Positions 62,792-64,000 of a stretch of DNA of 64,000 nt are shown here, piece by piece (the first letter of the stretch is position 1; each line of letters starts with the position of its first letter). Source of the DNA: Takakia lepidozioides (Eukaryota > Plantae > Bryophyta); contig CM060731.1 of the NCBI GenBank assembly GCA_030704615.1, positions 53,506,001-53,570,000 on the forward strand. The letters are read 5' to 3'. The notes beneath the pieces were generated by a model that had not been told where the DNA came from, did not search any database, and saw only the letters and a list, made by a program, of their open reading frames with translations. A program made the translations under genes and the position numbers.

Positions 62792-64000
62792 ATGGCTTCC
62801 TCTGAAGCGGAGTTCTTCTCAGACGACAAACCAGTGCCGTTCTCCCAGGAAGTCCTTGACAATGGATTTGCAATTGTTCTGGAACATGTCTTGGCTACCC
62901 GTTTTCAGCTGCAGAATGGCTCCATCTTTTTGGAGAAAGAGGTTTACGATCTGAAAGGGAAGTTGGTGAAATATTCTTTCCAAACCGTGATGAGACGGCT
63001 CATATCAGCCAGTGGAGAGTGCGTCCTGGTCGATACAGAGTACTTGGAGAGCCTCGGCGAAAGTCCCTTGGGTCATATGTGACGCCCGGGACTGCTGCTT
63101 CGGTCGTTGAAGACAAGAGGGAGGTGGTGGTGAAAAAAGAACAGACTTCCTCCACTCCAATCGTTGAGCTTTCGGATTCTTCCGATGATGACATAAGTGA
63201 AATTCCAAATCCAGTCCTTCCTACTGTGGTTGCAGAAGCTGATGAAGAAGAGATTTGTAGTGTCATTCCAAAATTGCGGGCGATGGGAGGAATGGCTGGA
63301 TTCAAAAGTGAGTTGCGGGGAATTGATTGGGAATCTTTGAAGCAGGTGCCTGTGAAGTTCTTGCCGGAGACTTTTGATGGCGATATCCTATTCGAGCTGC
63401 CTCCTCCTCCGCGAGTTGGAGGTGTAACAATCATGATGCATGGAATGGACAAGAAACACGACGGGCACCCGTGGTGCAGAACAAAAACATCCAATATTCA
63501 GAATGATGACAAGCTTGTTTTCAGGAGGACAGTTTGCAATGGACACCTTAGGTGTGATAATTTGAATTGCAGACACTTTCTTCAGTCTGGAGTTCATAAT
63601 CAAAGCGAATGGGAGGGTCTGGCGGAGAATCCATTTCAGCCTGGGACTGCCCCTCCACCGGCAAACACTTTCGTCTGCAAATTCTGCAAACTTGTGCCAT
63701 CCTGCTTGGCGCTCTGCGGAGCAAGAATGTACTATGTTGTCCACCGTTTGAATACAATGACGAGAGCTTGTGTGCATTTTGGATTCCATAACCATCCTGT
63801 CTCGAAGGGGGATTACAGGGAGAGTGTTGAGACAGTATCGAGGTTGATCAAACAGGAGTTCGGGAGAACCCATCCGCAACAACATCTGCAATTGCTCTTG
63901 GCGCAAGCAAGTCCTTCTTGGAAAGCCATATTTTGAGTGAAGGAGATTCTGTGGGGACTAAACTTGACGGTGCAGCATTGGACCTGGTCATGGATCATTT
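62792..64000 (+). CDS. GCM/WRKY-superfamily zinc-finger protein, probably the N-terminus of a Mutator-like transposase; frameshifts near 63065-63080 and ~63870; runs off the window
   Basis: DGHPWCRTKTSN...RRTVCNGHLRCDNLNC...CKFC...CLALCGARMYY...CVHFGFHNHP resembles the GCM domain (W..T.T.N, C.G.L.C, CxxC, C, H.G.H.HP). It continues in a new frame as PSATTSAIALGASKSFL. The catalytic DDE core is not in the window. Confidence 0.7.

Noticed and set aside
56633-64000. Bacterial or phage contamination explaining ParB and MTase
   Set aside because: The gene has eight canonical spliceosomal introns with branch-point-like motifs and is contiguous with plant PPR sequence.

Overview
Eukaryotic nuclear DNA from a land plant. 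Spliceosomal GT-AG introns, PLS-type PPR, ABCG half-transporter and Ty3/Gypsy, LINE, CACTA, hAT and MULE elements support this. The repertoire suggests a non-seed plant such as a moss, but that is inference. There are two host genes: a RING-finger gene (1139-4608; ACG replaces the expected ATG, plus one 1-bp frameshift) and an intact 12-exon ABCG11-like transporter (35671-40662, 700 aa). Most of the rest is nested transposon debris whose boundaries I could resolve by TSDs: a LINE carrying a solo LTR and a Gypsy element, the Gypsy carrying a Pack-CACTA, plus two hAT MITEs, a Sola-like transposase, a MULE with a Ulp1 fragment, and a PPR pseudogene. The most unusual region is 56.6-64 kb. A 9-exon minus-strand gene (~1084 aa after correcting two 1-bp deletions) fuses a ParB/Srx-like N-terminal domain (VWDGNHRLLAW) to a beta-class N4-C/N6-A DNA methyltransferase-like domain. 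Two of its introns carry 11 copies of a 22-bp palindrome (TGAATGTCGT-CA-ACGACATTCA) that is better conserved than its spacers. The gene lies head-to-head with a GCM/WRKY-type zinc-finger, transposase-like gene. I propose this as a transposon-borne ParB/parS-like loading plus amino-methyltransferase module. Domain calls are by eye from motifs; no database searches were run.
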